NCBI GenBank assembly: GCA_023394965.1
Contig: JAEWZX010000007.1
Location: 100,969-164,968, forward strand
Direction of reading: 5' to 3'
DNA length: 64,000 bases
Source of the DNA: Pseudomonadota bacterium
Lineage (GTDB): Bacteria; Pseudomonadota; Alphaproteobacteria; Sphingomonadales; Sphingomonadaceae
The translations under genes were made by a program, and so were the position numbers. Below the pieces are notes generated by a model. The model worked only from the letters and a program-made list of their open reading frames with translations. It ran no database searches and was not told where the DNA came from. The first letter of the stretch is position 1. The number at the start of each line of letters is the position of its first letter. Positions 49,250 to 62,136 of this stretch are shown piece after piece.

Positions 49250-49585
49250 TCACCGTCCAACGAAGAGAAAGCCCACAGCTGCCATGATGCAGGCAAATGC
49301 GGCGAAGTGGCGCCAGTGCAGTGGTTCACCCAGAAAGAGCACCATGAACCCACCAAAGGCGATTAGCGCGATGGCTTCCTGCGTCACCTTGAGTTGGCCC
49401 GGTGTCCATCCATTCGCAAAGCCGATCCGGTTTGCTGGTACAGCGAAACAGTATTCGACGAAGGCGATGCCCCAACTGATGAGTATGACGAGCATGAGGG
49501 GCTTCGTGTTGCCGCCCTTGAGGTGCCAGTACCAGGCAACTGTCATGAAGATGTTTGAAATGGCGAGGAGAATAATGGTGACCAT
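49250..49585 (-). CDS. Small DMT-superfamily membrane protein
   Basis: [37 protein letters not shown]. Confidence 0.88.
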   Translation of the reverse strand: MVTIILLAISNIFMTVAWYWHLKGGNTKPLMLVILISWGIAFVEYCFAVPANRIGFANGWTPGQLKVTQEAIALIAFGGFMVLFLGEPLHWRHFAAFACIMAAVGFLFVGR

Positions 49586-49642
49586 AAACGGGCAAGAGCT
49601 CCCTTTATCTTCGTCATGCGCTATGACGACCGGAGCGGCAAG

Positions 49643-51253
49643 ATGACCGCACCCGTTCTTACGTCGACGCTGGACCGCGAGGCACCTGACGCCAAGGCAC
49701 GGTTTGCGCATAATCAGGCGCTTGCTGCGGAACTGCGTTCGATCGTCGCCGAGGCGGCGCTGGGCGGTAGTGAGGGCAGCCGCGAGCGGCATGTCTCGCG
49801 TGGCAAACTGTTGCCGCGTGAGCGCGTGGAGCGGCTGCTCGATCCCGGCAGTCCCTTCCTCGAGATCGGCCAGCTCGCCGCCAACGGCATGTACGGCCAA
49901 GACGCAATCAACGGTGCGGGTCTGATTGCCGGGATCGGGCGCGTCTCGGGTCGGCAGGTGATGATCGTGTGCAACGATGCCACGGTTAAGGGTGGCACCT
50001 ATTACCCGATGACGGTCAAGAAGCACCTGCGCGCCCAAGAAATCGCGCAGGAAAATCGTCTGCCGTGCATCTATCTGGTCGACAGCGGCGGGGCCAACCT
50101 GCCGCACCAGGCCGAAGTCTTCCCCGACCGCGACCATTTCGGGCGGATCTTTTTCAACCAGGCCAATATGTCCGCGCTCGGCATTCCGCAGATCGCCTGC
50201 GTCATGGGCAGCTGCACCGCAGGCGGGGCCTATGTGCCAGCCATGTCGGACGAGACGGTTATCGTGCGCAACCAAGGCACGATCTTCCTCGCCGGCCCGC
50301 CGCTGGTCAAGGCGGCGACGGGCGAGGAGATCAGTGCCGAGGATCTGGGCGGCGGCGACCTGCACGCAAAAAAGTCCGGCGTGGTCGACCATCTGGCGGA
50401 AAACGACGAGCATGCGCTCACCATCGTGCGCGATATCATCTCGCATCTCGGGGAGAACTGCGCCGTAGCAAGGGATATCGCACTGAAGGAACCGCGCGCA
50501 CCAAAGTTCGACGCGGAAGATCTCTACGCCCTCATTCCCGAAGACGTACGCGCGCCCTACGATGTGCACGAGGTGATCGCGCGCCTTGTCGACGGTAGCG
50601 AGTTCCACGAGTTCAAGCAGCATTACGGCACCACGCTGGTCTGCGGTTTCGCGCATATCTGGGGCATGCCGGTGGCGATCCTCGCCAACAACGGCGTGCT
50701 GTTCTCCGAAAGCGCACAGAAAGGTGCGCATTTCATCGAGCTGGCCTGCCAGCGCCGCATCCCGCTGCTGTTCCTGCAGAACATCTCCGGCTTCATGGTC
50801 GGCGGGAAATATGAAGCGGAAGGCATTGCCAAGCATGGCGCCAAACTCGTCACCGCGGTCGCCACCGCCAGCGTGCCCAAGCTCACCGTGGTGATCGGGG
50901 GCAGCTTCGGCGCGGGCAATTACGGCATGTGCGGACGGGCCTATTCCCCGCGCTTTCTGTTTACCTGGCCCAATGCGCGCATCAGCGTGATGGGCGGTGA
51001 ACAGGCCGCATCGGTCCTCGCCACCGTGCACCGCGACGCAGACAACTGGACCGATGAACAGGCCGAAGAGTTCAAGGCGCCGATCCGCCAGAAATATGAA
51101 GACGAAGGCAATCCCTATTATGCCACCGCCCGGCTGTGGGATGACGGCGTGATCGACCCGGCTCAGACCCGCGATGCCCTCGCCCTCGCCCTCGCCGCCA
51201 CACTCGAAGCCCCGATCGCAGAACGGCCCGCCTTCGGCGTGTTCAGGATGTAG
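49643..51253 (+). CDS. mccB: Methylcrotonyl-CoA carboxylase, carboxyltransferase (beta) subunit
   Basis: [49 protein letters not shown]; close to ivd. Confidence 0.9.
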   Translation: MTAPVLTSTLDREAPDAKARFAHNQALAAELRSIVAEAALGGSEGSRERHVSRGKLLPRERVERLLDPGSPFLEIGQLAANGMYGQDAINGAGLIAGIGRVSGRQVMIVCNDATVKGGTYYPMTVKKHLRAQEIAQENRLPCIYLVDSGGANLPHQAEVFPDRDHFGRIFFNQANMSALGIPQIACVMGSCTAGGAYVPAMSDETVIVRNQGTIFLAGPPLVKAATGEEISAEDLGGGDLHAKKSGVVDHLAENDEHALTIVRDIISHLGENCAVARDIALKEPRAPKFDAEDLYALIPEDVRAPYDVHEVIARLVDGSEFHEFKQHYGTTLVCGFAHIWGMPVAILANNGVLFSESAQKGAHFIELACQRRIPLLFLQNISGFMVGGKYEAEGIAKHGAKLVTAVATASVPKLTVVIGGSFGAGNYGMCGRAYSPRFLFTWPNARISVMGGEQAASVLATVHRDADNWTDEQAEEFKAPIRQKYEDEGNPYYATARLWDDGVIDPAQTRDALALALAATLEAPIAERPAFGVFRM

Positions 51254-51259
51254 TTGTGC

Positions 51260-51284
51260 GGAACCGCAAGTCACTGTGCGCATT
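51260..51284 (+). promoter_or_regulatory. Putative sigma-EcfG (general stress response) promoter
   Basis: GGAAC-N16-CATT upstream of the gene at 51332. Confidence 0.45.
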
Positions 51285-51331
51285 GCGGATAATGAATACG
51301 GGGAATGGACGGGTATCTGGGAGAGATATCC

Positions 51332-51988
51332 ATGTCGGGCCAGGAAACCACCCTTGCCATTATTGTCGCTACAGCAGTCGTCATTCTGTTGCTGGTCTGG
51401 CTCTTCATGCGTCGTCGTCGCACGCAGACGCTGCGTGATGCATTCGGTGAGGAATACGACCGCACCGTCGAGGCTCGCGGTAAACGCAGCGTCGCTGAAT
51501 CCGATCTTATCGAACGGCGCGAACGCGTTTCCAAGTTACAGATCCGTCCGCTGACAAGCACCGAACGTGACAGCTACGCCACAGACTGGAGCGAAACCAA
51601 GACGCTTTTTGTGGATAGCCCGGTCGAAGCCGTCAGCCGGGCTGATCGTTTGCTGACCGACGTGATGAATGCCCGTGGCTATCCGATGAGCGACTTCGAA
51701 CATCGTCATGCCGATCTGACGGTCGATCATGGAGAGGTCGCCAAGCATTATCTCGCGGGGCATGAGATTGCCGCCCGGTCGAGCAATGCCACGACCGAAG
51801 AGTTGCGCCGAGCCATCAACCACTACGAAGCGTTATTTACGGACATGACCAGCGAGGTAGCGGATACCGAAGACACCATCATCGTCCGCGATGGTGACGA
51901 TGATGGCGATGCCGAACTTGTCGACACCACAGAAGCACCGACGAAGCCTGCAGCTTTCAGTACCACGACCCGGCGCGTCGCAGAGTGA
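51332..51988 (+). CDS. Single-pass membrane protein, unknown function
   Basis: TM segment then RRRR; FGEEYDRTV, FVDSP, RGYP, TEELRRA motifs; GGAGAG RBS. Confidence 0.82.
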   Translation: MSGQETTLAIIVATAVVILLLVWLFMRRRRTQTLRDAFGEEYDRTVEARGKRSVAESDLIERRERVSKLQIRPLTSTERDSYATDWSETKTLFVDSPVEAVSRADRLLTDVMNARGYPMSDFEHRHADLTVDHGEVAKHYLAGHEIAARSSNATTEELRRAINHYEALFTDMTSEVADTEDTIIVRDGDDDGDAELVDTTEAPTKPAAFSTTTRRVAE

Positions 51989-52147
51989 TCCAGAGACCGA
52001 GGGGTACTGATTTCGAAATACGCTAACTATTATTCTTTCAGGCCGCCCCGTCTTTACAATTCGGTGGCGGCCTGATTGTTGCGACATGTCGCTTGCGATT
52101 GCCTCATAACGTTCAAAAAGAGGTCTCGGATGTCGGGGAGATGATGC

Positions 52148-52969
52148 GTGATAGTTGAAGCGCTGCTGGCCAATATTGCGATATTGCTCGGGATGGCGCT
52201 CCTTCTCTGGGTCGTTGCGGTTCAGATCCGTGATGTTACTTTTGTAGATGCCTTTTGGGGTGGTGGGATAGCGTTGATGGCTTTCGTCAGCTGGTGGCGC
52301 CTTTATGATCCGGGATCGCTGGCCACGCTGCTCATGGCGATGACAATCATTTGGGGTGTGCGGTTGTGCATTCACCTCTTGGTCCGCTGGTGGCGCGAGG
52401 GTGAAGACCGGCGTTATCAACGCATCCTCAGAAAAGATCGCGCCAAAGGTCGCTTTGCCGTGGCGGCGCTGATCAAGGTCTTCTTGAGTCAGACGGTCCT
52501 TCTTTTCCTGGTGTCGAGCCCGGCGCAATACGGAATACTGGAAGCGAGTGCGATGACCCCGATTAGCGGCATGGCGCTTGTGGGCTTTGCGCTCTGGATG
52601 GTGGGCATCGCTTTCGAATGGATCGGCGATTGGCAGCTCTCTCGGTTCAGGGCGAATCCTGCGAACAATGGTCGGGTCATGGATCGCGGCCTATGGCGTT
52701 ATACACGGCACCCCAACTATTTCGGCGATGCTTGCGTGTGGTGGGGCATCTGGATTGCGGCGGCCAGTGCGGGCTGGTGGGTGGCCGTTGTCACTGCGAT
52801 CGGTCCTATCCTCCTCACTTTCATGTTGGCGCGCTGGTCCGGCGCCCCGCTACTGGAGAAAAGCATGAAGACATCGCGGCCTGGCTATAAAGCTTACCAG
52901 GCACGGACATCGGCCTTCTTTCCGTTGCCCCCGGGGAAAACCATTTCTCGGAACCGCCAAGGGGTTTAA
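52148..52969 (+). CDS. DUF1295 (steroid 5-alpha-reductase-like) membrane protein
   Basis: VDAFWG, GEDRRY, GDWQL, GLWRYTRHPNYFG, YQARTSAFFP. Confidence 0.9.
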   Translation: MIVEALLANIAILLGMALLLWVVAVQIRDVTFVDAFWGGGIALMAFVSWWRLYDPGSLATLLMAMTIIWGVRLCIHLLVRWWREGEDRRYQRILRKDRAKGRFAVAALIKVFLSQTVLLFLVSSPAQYGILEASAMTPISGMALVGFALWMVGIAFEWIGDWQLSRFRANPANNGRVMDRGLWRYTRHPNYFGDACVWWGIWIAAASAGWWVAVVTAIGPILLTFMLARWSGAPLLEKSMKTSRPGYKAYQARTSAFFPLPPGKTISRNRQGV

Positions 52970-53023
52970 CCGCTGCCCTTGTCACCCTAATTGCTGGGCA
53001 GGACGAGTTGGGAGCGCCATGCC

Positions 53024-53650
53024 GTGAGCGAACACGACATACAGGAAATGCGGCGCAATTTTGCGCGTCAGGCGATGAAGATTATCGAACGGCGCGGCGA
53101 AGAAGTAAACCGCGCCCGGCTGGCTGCCGAACTCGGTGTTGTCCGTGCCAAGCTGGAAATGGTTTTTCCTGAAGAAAGCGATCTGCTGGAGGCAGTGACT
53201 GCTGAGTGGTTCGCCCCGAAGCTGGCTGTAATGGACGAAGTCATGGCTTCGGACCTTCCGCCGCGGCGCAAAATGTACGAATTTTTCGCTCGCCGTTTCC
53301 TGCTGCTGCGTCAGAATTTCCACGATGATCCCGCGACCTTCAAACTCTACGTTGAAATGGGGGAGCGGTATTTCGACTATGCGCGAAGCTATCTCGATCT
53401 CGCAGATCATTATCTGTGCGAATTGATTGCCGAAGCCCAGGCTGAAGGATTTCTGCAAGGACTTAAGGTCGACACTGCCATGTCGCTCATCAACCAGATG
53501 GTGAGTTGCTACCTTCAGCCTTACATGATTGCGATGGTGGACGAACGCCTGAGCGCGGAGAAACTGGCGTTGATCGTCGCCGCCATCTTCGACGGCCTTG
53601 ATTCTCAAGATGGGGGGACACGGGGCACCCGATCCATTCGCGCGGCCTGA
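53024..53650 (+). CDS. TetR-like protein with a divergent HTH
   Basis: All-helical, ~208 aa; ARLAAELGV at the HTH position; start uncertain. Confidence 0.65.
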   Translation: MSEHDIQEMRRNFARQAMKIIERRGEEVNRARLAAELGVVRAKLEMVFPEESDLLEAVTAEWFAPKLAVMDEVMASDLPPRRKMYEFFARRFLLLRQNFHDDPATFKLYVEMGERYFDYARSYLDLADHYLCELIAEAQAEGFLQGLKVDTAMSLINQMVSCYLQPYMIAMVDERLSAEKLALIVAAIFDGLDSQDGGTRGTRSIRAA

Positions 53651-53653
53651 TTG

Positions 53654-54727
53654 CTACTCGGAACGTGGTAGTGAGGAGGTACCTTGGCGCTGCTCGGTAA
53701 AAATGCCCCATGCGGCAAGGAACAGTCCGCAGACGAGCGGTCCGACAACGATACCTGACAAGCCCATCAACGAAATACCGCCCAGCGTCGTAACCAGAAT
53801 AAGCCAATCGGGTATGCCGGTATCGCGGCCGACCAGTATTGGGCGCAGCACGTTATCCGCCAGCCCGATGACCGCGACGCCCGAGATGATCACTACCAAA
53901 CCCTGCCAGACGGCGCCTGTTGCCAGGAGGTAGATTGCTGCTGGAACCCAGACGATGGCTGGCCCGACCGCGGGAAGAAGTGAAGCGATCGCCATAATTA
54001 CGCCAAGCAGCAGAACCGATGGGATGCCGACGATCCAGAAGGTGATCGCCCCCAATGCCCCCTGCACGATACCGACGACGACAGATCCTTTGATCGTTGC
54101 CCGCACGATGGTCAGAAACCGTAGCGCAAGCCTGTCGGCGATGATCCGGTCCATAGGGAGAGCTGCGAGAATTGCCTCGCCGATTGCGCGCCCGTCACGC
54201 AGCAGGAAGAATCCAACGTAAAGCGCGATGCCGAAGCTCAGAACGAAGCCGACGACGCTTCCGCCAATGGCGAGCGCCTGAGCGGCTATGATACCAAGCG
54301 AGTCCTCTATGAAAGCTTGCGCGCGTTCTTGAATCTCGCCCAGATCGCCGAAGCCTGCATTTTCGAGAGATGTCTGGATATTGGTCGGCAAGGCGGCGAA
54401 TATTCGTTCGAAATACATCGCGACATCGATCTGGCCATCCTGGAAAGCGAGAAAGAGGCCGGCAGCTTCATCGACCACAGCACTACCGATCCAAAGTCCT
54501 GGAAGGATGACAGCGAAAATAATGACGACCATGCTGGCGAGCGCAGCCTGGCTTGTTTTTTCCGGGCGTCTGTAGAGGAACCAGCGATAAAGCGGTTGGA
54601 AGAGGATCGCTGCAAGTGCAGCCCACAGCACAGGCTGGAGAAACGGCAGGACAATTGCCAATAGCGCCAGCGATATAAGCGCGAGGAAGAGCAGAAAGCC
54701 GCCCTGTTCGATTTGCCGGGTTTTCAA
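53654..54727 (-). CDS. AI-2E-family transporter
   Basis: FFLLRDG, ATIKGSVVVG, DNVLRPILVG, GIVVGP; start uncertain. Confidence 0.88.
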   Translation of the reverse strand: MKTRQIEQGGFLLFLALISLALLAIVLPFLQPVLWAALAAILFQPLYRWFLYRRPEKTSQAALASMVVIIFAVILPGLWIGSAVVDEAAGLFLAFQDGQIDVAMYFERIFAALPTNIQTSLENAGFGDLGEIQERAQAFIEDSLGIIAAQALAIGGSVVGFVLSFGIALYVGFFLLRDGRAIGEAILAALPMDRIIADRLALRFLTIVRATIKGSVVVGIVQGALGAITFWIVGIPSVLLLGVIMAIASLLPAVGPAIVWVPAAIYLLATGAVWQGLVVIISGVAVIGLADNVLRPILVGRDTGIPDWLILVTTLGGISLMGLSGIVVGPLVCGLFLAAWGIFTEQRQGTSSLPRSE

Positions 54728-54968
54728 ACGTTCGCGCAAGACGATCAGTGCCTCGTTATCTAGATTGCCGACGTGATCGGGCCTTTGCTGGTGACAAAAG
54801 CCACCCACCAAGGCGAAATATTAGGCCGATTTTCGATATGTCGCGTTGGATCAATGGCGTAGATCTGACGGCTCCCGATCTCTCGGTCTGGTATTAGGCA
54901 AGGCGGCGGGGTCGCACAAACATGAAAAGCATGCATGCTCTACCTTGATGAATGCGTGTCGGTTTGCC

Positions 54969-55547
54969 TTATCGGCCGGAAGAGCGTTCAAGCATAATCG
55001 CGAACTTGCGAAGGGTCTGAACGGAAACATCGAATGCCTGGAGCTTGGACGTATAGCCAGCCACGACGGCTGGGTCGTTTGCCAGATCGTCGCCGAGCAT
55101 TTCAAGCGCATCCGCGATCTGCCTGACATCGGCCGCTGACAGGGCGGTCGACACGAGTGGTACCGAGGATCTTGCGATAGGGGCCTGGTTTAGCTGCGCC
55201 TTCGTTTGCACGACGATCTGGTCGACGTCGCTCTGCGTATTTTGTGTGGAGGGAAGCCAGTCGGAAATTTTCGCCTGGCCGTGGAATTGCAGCCCGACAC
55301 GGTTGGCGTGCAGCCAGACCACCTCGGCTTCCAGCGAAATGTCACCGCGGATCAGGCGACATCGGGTGCCTGCAGGAGGGAGGGCAGCCCCTTCTACCAG
55401 CGCGCCGCTTGATGACATATTGCGAACCTTTACGGTACACACACTGCCGCCTGCAGCCAGCTTCGCCATGACGAACAGATTGGTACGGGCCTGGACCCGC
55501 GCGCAGTTCGTATGCGGCGAAAGCGTTTCGTAGGCTGCCGAGATCAT
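54969..55547 (-). CDS. PilZ-domain protein
   Basis: RVQAR (RxxxR) and NMSSSG (D/NxSxxG) motifs; GAGGAG RBS. Confidence 0.8.
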   Translation of the reverse strand: MISAAYETLSPHTNCARVQARTNLFVMAKLAAGGSVCTVKVRNMSSSGALVEGAALPPAGTRCRLIRGDISLEAEVVWLHANRVGLQFHGQAKISDWLPSTQNTQSDVDQIVVQTKAQLNQAPIARSSVPLVSTALSAADVRQIADALEMLGDDLANDPAVVAGYTSKLQAFDVSVQTLRKFAIMLERSSGR

Positions 55548-55654
55548 AGTTAACTCCTCACCTGACCATGGCTTGGTGGAGCAAATTTTCGATTTCGGCC
55601 GGTATACGCGATAATGCGTAGCCTTATAGATGAGAGGCGCGACAGAGAACTCTG

Positions 55655-55697
55655 CAAACCGCCGGATTTCGGCCACTTGTTAAGACCGAAATCCGGC
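55655..55697 (-). terminator. Hairpin after gyrB, probable terminator
   Basis: GCCGGATTTCGG/CCGAAATCCGGC 12-bp stem. Confidence 0.65.
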
Positions 55698-55708
55698 AAC
55701 CTGAGCTG

Positions 55709-58282
<2,574 letters not shown>

Positions 58283-58360
58283 TTACCCACAGATTGCGAC
58301 CTTTGCCGATACGGTCGCAAGCGGTTGATTTCGGCAGATGAAAAGCGCATCTCGCCGGCC

Positions 58361-59746
58361 ATGCTTTCAGTGCTCGATATCTTTCGGATCGGGATCGGTC
58401 CTTCATCCTCGCATACGGTGGGCCCGATGCGGATCGCCCGCACATTCGTGCGGATGCTGGCAAAATCCGGCAGGCTGGAAAAGACGGGCCGGGTTGCGGT
58501 GGAGTTGCAGGGCTCGCTCGCCCTCACCGGCATTGGTCACGGAACGGTAGATGCGACCATTCTCGGCCTGATGGGCTTTGCGCCCGACAGGACATGCCCG
58601 GACGAGGCTGCGGAAGCGCTTGATCGCGTTCGCAGCGAAAAGAGGATCAGGCTTGGCGGTGGGCCGCAGATTGCCTTCGATCCGGCTGCCGAGATCGATT
58701 TGGCGGGACATATCATTCCCGAATTGCACCCCAACGGCATGAAGCTGACGGCCTTCGATGCGGCCGGGGCGAAACTTTCGGAGCGGACCTATTATTCGAC
58801 CGGTGGCGGCTTCGTCGCGTCAGAAGCGCAGTTGAAGCGCAAACCCGAAGGCGACCGGATCAATGCCGGCGCGCCAGTGCCGCACGATTTCGGGTCGGCC
58901 GGGGAGCTTCTGGACGCCTGCAAAGCAGCAGACCTTTCGATCGCGGATCTCATCCTGACCAACGAGGATTCGTTTCGGCCGCGTGAAAAAACCCTTGCGG
59001 GTATCGACCGGATCGCCAGGGCGATGGATCAGTGCATCGATCGCGGTCTCGGTCAGCGCGGCATATTGCCGGGGGGCCTGAAAGTGGCGCGGCGCGCGCC
59101 CGATCTGTGGGACAAGCTTTCGTCAAATCCGCAATCGAACGAGCGCGAGCAATTGTTTGACTGGCTGAATTGTTACGCGATGGCCGTCAATGAAGAGAAC
59201 GCGGCAGGCGGGCGTGTGGTGACCGCGCCGACCAATGGCGCTGCGGGCATTATTCCCGCGGTCATCCGATTCTACTGCGTTTCAAGCGACGAGACGCCGT
59301 GCACGGACAGCCGACGAACCTTCCTCCTCACGGCAGGGGCCATCGGGCTCTTATATAAACAGCGCGCAAGCATTTCCGGTGCCGAGATGGGCTGCCAGGG
59401 CGAAGTCGGCGTCGCCTGTTCGATGGCTGCAGGCGGTCTGGCTGCTTTATGGGGGGCTTCGCCTGTGCAGGTGGCTTCGGCAGCGGAAATCGGCATGGAG
59501 CACAATCTCGGCCTGACCTGCGATCCCGTCGGCGGCCTGGTGCAGGTGCCATGTATCGAACGCAATGCGATCGGCGCGGTGAAGGCCGTAAACGCAGCGC
59601 GTCTTGCGCTTCATCGAACCGGGGCAGAAAGTCTGGTGTCGCTCGACCAGGTGATCGAAACCATGCGTCAGACAGGTCTCGACATGAGTAACAAATACAA
59701 GGAAACGAGTCAGGGCGGGCTCGCGGTCAATGTGATCGAATGCTGA
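58361..59746 (+). CDS. sdaA: L-serine ammonia-lyase (Fe-S dependent)
   Basis: [48 protein letters not shown]. Confidence 0.95.
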   Translation: MLSVLDIFRIGIGPSSSHTVGPMRIARTFVRMLAKSGRLEKTGRVAVELQGSLALTGIGHGTVDATILGLMGFAPDRTCPDEAAEALDRVRSEKRIRLGGGPQIAFDPAAEIDLAGHIIPELHPNGMKLTAFDAAGAKLSERTYYSTGGGFVASEAQLKRKPEGDRINAGAPVPHDFGSAGELLDACKAADLSIADLILTNEDSFRPREKTLAGIDRIARAMDQCIDRGLGQRGILPGGLKVARRAPDLWDKLSSNPQSNEREQLFDWLNCYAMAVNEENAAGGRVVTAPTNGAAGIIPAVIRFYCVSSDETPCTDSRRTFLLTAGAIGLLYKQRASISGAEMGCQGEVGVACSMAAGGLAALWGASPVQVASAAEIGMEHNLGLTCDPVGGLVQVPCIERNAIGAVKAVNAARLALHRTGAESLVSLDQVIETMRQTGLDMSNKYKETSQGGLAVNVIEC

Positions 59747-60444
59747 TGCTGTTTGCCGTGGTGCTGGTGGTGTCGGGCGCTCTAGTCGCCGGTGCTGCAT
59801 GGGGTATCTACGGCAAGCTGCCGGAAAAGCTCGAAGGTTTCCTCGTCGCGCTGGCTGGCGGCGCTCTCTTGCTGTCTGTAACAACGGAACTCATTCAGCC
59901 CTCGATCGAGAAATCGAGCGTGTTCCACGCCATGTTGGGGGTTGGCGCCGGAGCGATCGTCTTCGCTTTGTGCGATTATCTGATCGATGAAAAATGGGGC
60001 TCTCAAGGTGGGGGCGGGTTGCTGGCCGCAATTACGCTCGATGGCATTCCTGAAAATCTCGCGCTTGGCGTGGCGTTGATCGGGGTTGGCGGGCTGGAGG
60101 TCGCCGCGCTGGCCGGTTCGATCCTGCTGTCCAACCTTCCGGAGGCTGCCGGCGGAGCGCGTGCGATGGCGCAGGACGGCCGCTCCAAAGGCAGGATCAT
60201 GACGCTCTGGGTCGGCACTGCGGTGCTGCTCTCGCTCGCTGCCATTATCGGCAATCTCGCGCTGGAGGGCGTAGGTGAGGGCACACTGGCGATTATTCGC
60301 TGTTTCGCGGCAGGCGCCGTCGTCGCCAGCCTCGCGACCGAAGTCTTTCCCAAGGCGTTCCGCGAGGATCACCACTGGGCCGGCATCGCCACGGCGCTCG
60401 GCGTCATCCTTGCATTTTCGCTAGGTAGTCTATCGGGCGGCTAG
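59740..60444 (+). CDS. ZIP-family-like metal transporter
   Basis: Multiple TM segments; LDGIPE and SNLPE motifs. Confidence 0.82.
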   Translation: MLMLFAVVLVVSGALVAGAAWGIYGKLPEKLEGFLVALAGGALLLSVTTELIQPSIEKSSVFHAMLGVGAGAIVFALCDYLIDEKWGSQGGGGLLAAITLDGIPENLALGVALIGVGGLEVAALAGSILLSNLPEAAGGARAMAQDGRSKGRIMTLWVGTAVLLSLAAIIGNLALEGVGEGTLAIIRCFAAGAVVASLATEVFPKAFREDHHWAGIATALGVILAFSLGSLSGG

Positions 60445-60475
60445 ACAGGCGTGCGCTCTGCGATAGGGTGGGCGT

Positions 60476-62032
60476 ATGGGAGACATACAGATCGCCGCCA
60501 AGCTGGCCGAGCCTTTCGGCAGCTTTCCGCAAATCATCGCCGACAATGCAACAGCGTTGGGAAGCAAGCCTGCTCTGAAGGATGACGAGACCTGCCTTAC
60601 CTGGGCCGAGCTCGGCGACAAGGTGGAGCGGATTTCCGCGCAATTGGCTGAAGACGGGTTGGAGCGCGGGCAGTCGGTTGCGATCCTCGGGTATTCTTCG
60701 ATCCCCTATGCACTTGTTTTTCTCGCGGCTGTGAGGGCTGGCGGTGTCGCTGCGCCGTTGACCACCAGCGCCAGCCCGGACCAGCTGGCCGGAATGGCGC
60801 GGGATTCAGGTGCAAAACACATCTTTATAGATCGCGCAAAGCTGGATGAACTGGGCGATGAATACTTCGCCGGCATGACCCGCATCGTGCTCGATGAAGA
60901 TCTGGACGGATGGATGGCACCGGCAGGCTCCAGGGCTCCCGCTCTCGATCCGCAGCCTCAAGATCCTTTCAACATTATCTATTCGAGCGGTACCACCGGC
61001 ATTCCCAAAGGGATCGTACATTCACATCAGATGCGCTGGCGCCAGTTCGCAGCGACTGCATCGAGCTGGCTCGAGAACGGATTGCCGGTGCGTACTTTCG
61101 CATCGACTCCGCTTTACTCGAACACCACGATGGTTGCCTTCATGCCGCCGCTGCTCGCTGGTGGAACCGTGCGGGTGACGCGCAAGTTCGATGTGCTGCG
61201 CTGGCTCGAACACGCGCAGGCCGACCGGACCACTGCGACCATGCTGGTACCGGTGCAATACAGGCGGCTGATGCAGGAGCCCCGGTTCGACGAATTCGAC
61301 CTTTCATCCCTGCAGCTTAAATATTGCACATCCGCGCCTTTCCCCGCTGATTTGAAGCGCGAAGTGCTTGATCGCATGCCCGGCGCTCTGGTCGAAATTT
61401 ATTCCATGACCGAAGGCGGGGTTGTGTGCCTGCTGGAGGCGCACAAGTTTCCGGACAAGCTCCATACGGTGGGGCGCCCGGCACCGGGCAGCGAGCTGAA
61501 GGTCCTCGATGATGAGGATAATCCTGTCGCACCGGGCCAGGCTGGCAATCTAGTCGGGCGAAGCCAAACGATGATGTCCGGCTACAAGAATCAGCCAGGC
61601 AAGACTCACGAAGGATACTGGACCGATCCCGAAACCGGAGAGGTCTGGCAGCGGATGGGTGATATCGGGCGCGTGGATGCGGAAGGCTTTGTCGAGCTTG
61701 TCGGGCGCGCCAAAGACATGATCATCTCCGGCGGGTTCAACATCTTCCCCATCGATCTGGAGGATGAGCTGGCCAAGGAGGACGATGTCGTCGAAGCCGC
61801 GGTCATCGGTGTGCCCAGCGAACGGTGGGGCGAAACCCCGGTCGGCTTTGTGATGTTGCGAGATGGTGCGCGCAATTGCGAAGCCATCCGTGAGGCAGTC
61901 AATTCCCGGCTCGGGAAGACCCAGCGTCTGGCGCAACTGCATTCGATTGACGAAATGCCGCGCAGCCACATTGGCAAACTGCTGAAAACCGATTTGCGCG
62001 CGGAAGCAGAGCGGCGCGGCCTGCCAGAATAA
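60476..62032 (+). CDS. Acyl-CoA synthetase (class I adenylate-forming enzyme)
   Basis: YSSGTTGIPKG, YSMTEG, MGDIG, ISGGFNI, IGKLLK. Confidence 0.92.
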   Translation: MGDIQIAAKLAEPFGSFPQIIADNATALGSKPALKDDETCLTWAELGDKVERISAQLAEDGLERGQSVAILGYSSIPYALVFLAAVRAGGVAAPLTTSASPDQLAGMARDSGAKHIFIDRAKLDELGDEYFAGMTRIVLDEDLDGWMAPAGSRAPALDPQPQDPFNIIYSSGTTGIPKGIVHSHQMRWRQFAATASSWLENGLPVRTFASTPLYSNTTMVAFMPPLLAGGTVRVTRKFDVLRWLEHAQADRTTATMLVPVQYRRLMQEPRFDEFDLSSLQLKYCTSAPFPADLKREVLDRMPGALVEIYSMTEGGVVCLLEAHKFPDKLHTVGRPAPGSELKVLDDEDNPVAPGQAGNLVGRSQTMMSGYKNQPGKTHEGYWTDPETGEVWQRMGDIGRVDAEGFVELVGRAKDMIISGGFNIFPIDLEDELAKEDDVVEAAVIGVPSERWGETPVGFVMLRDGARNCEAIREAVNSRLGKTQRLAQLHSIDEMPRSHIGKLLKTDLRAEAERRGLPE

Positions 62033-62136
62033 GAAATACCACAAGGCACTTGCCCCGGATAAGATTCTTTGAATAATTTAAAGGGAACGGGTCAGCTAAA
62101 GGGTCGCGCTCTTTACACTAATCCGAGGGGGAAAAT

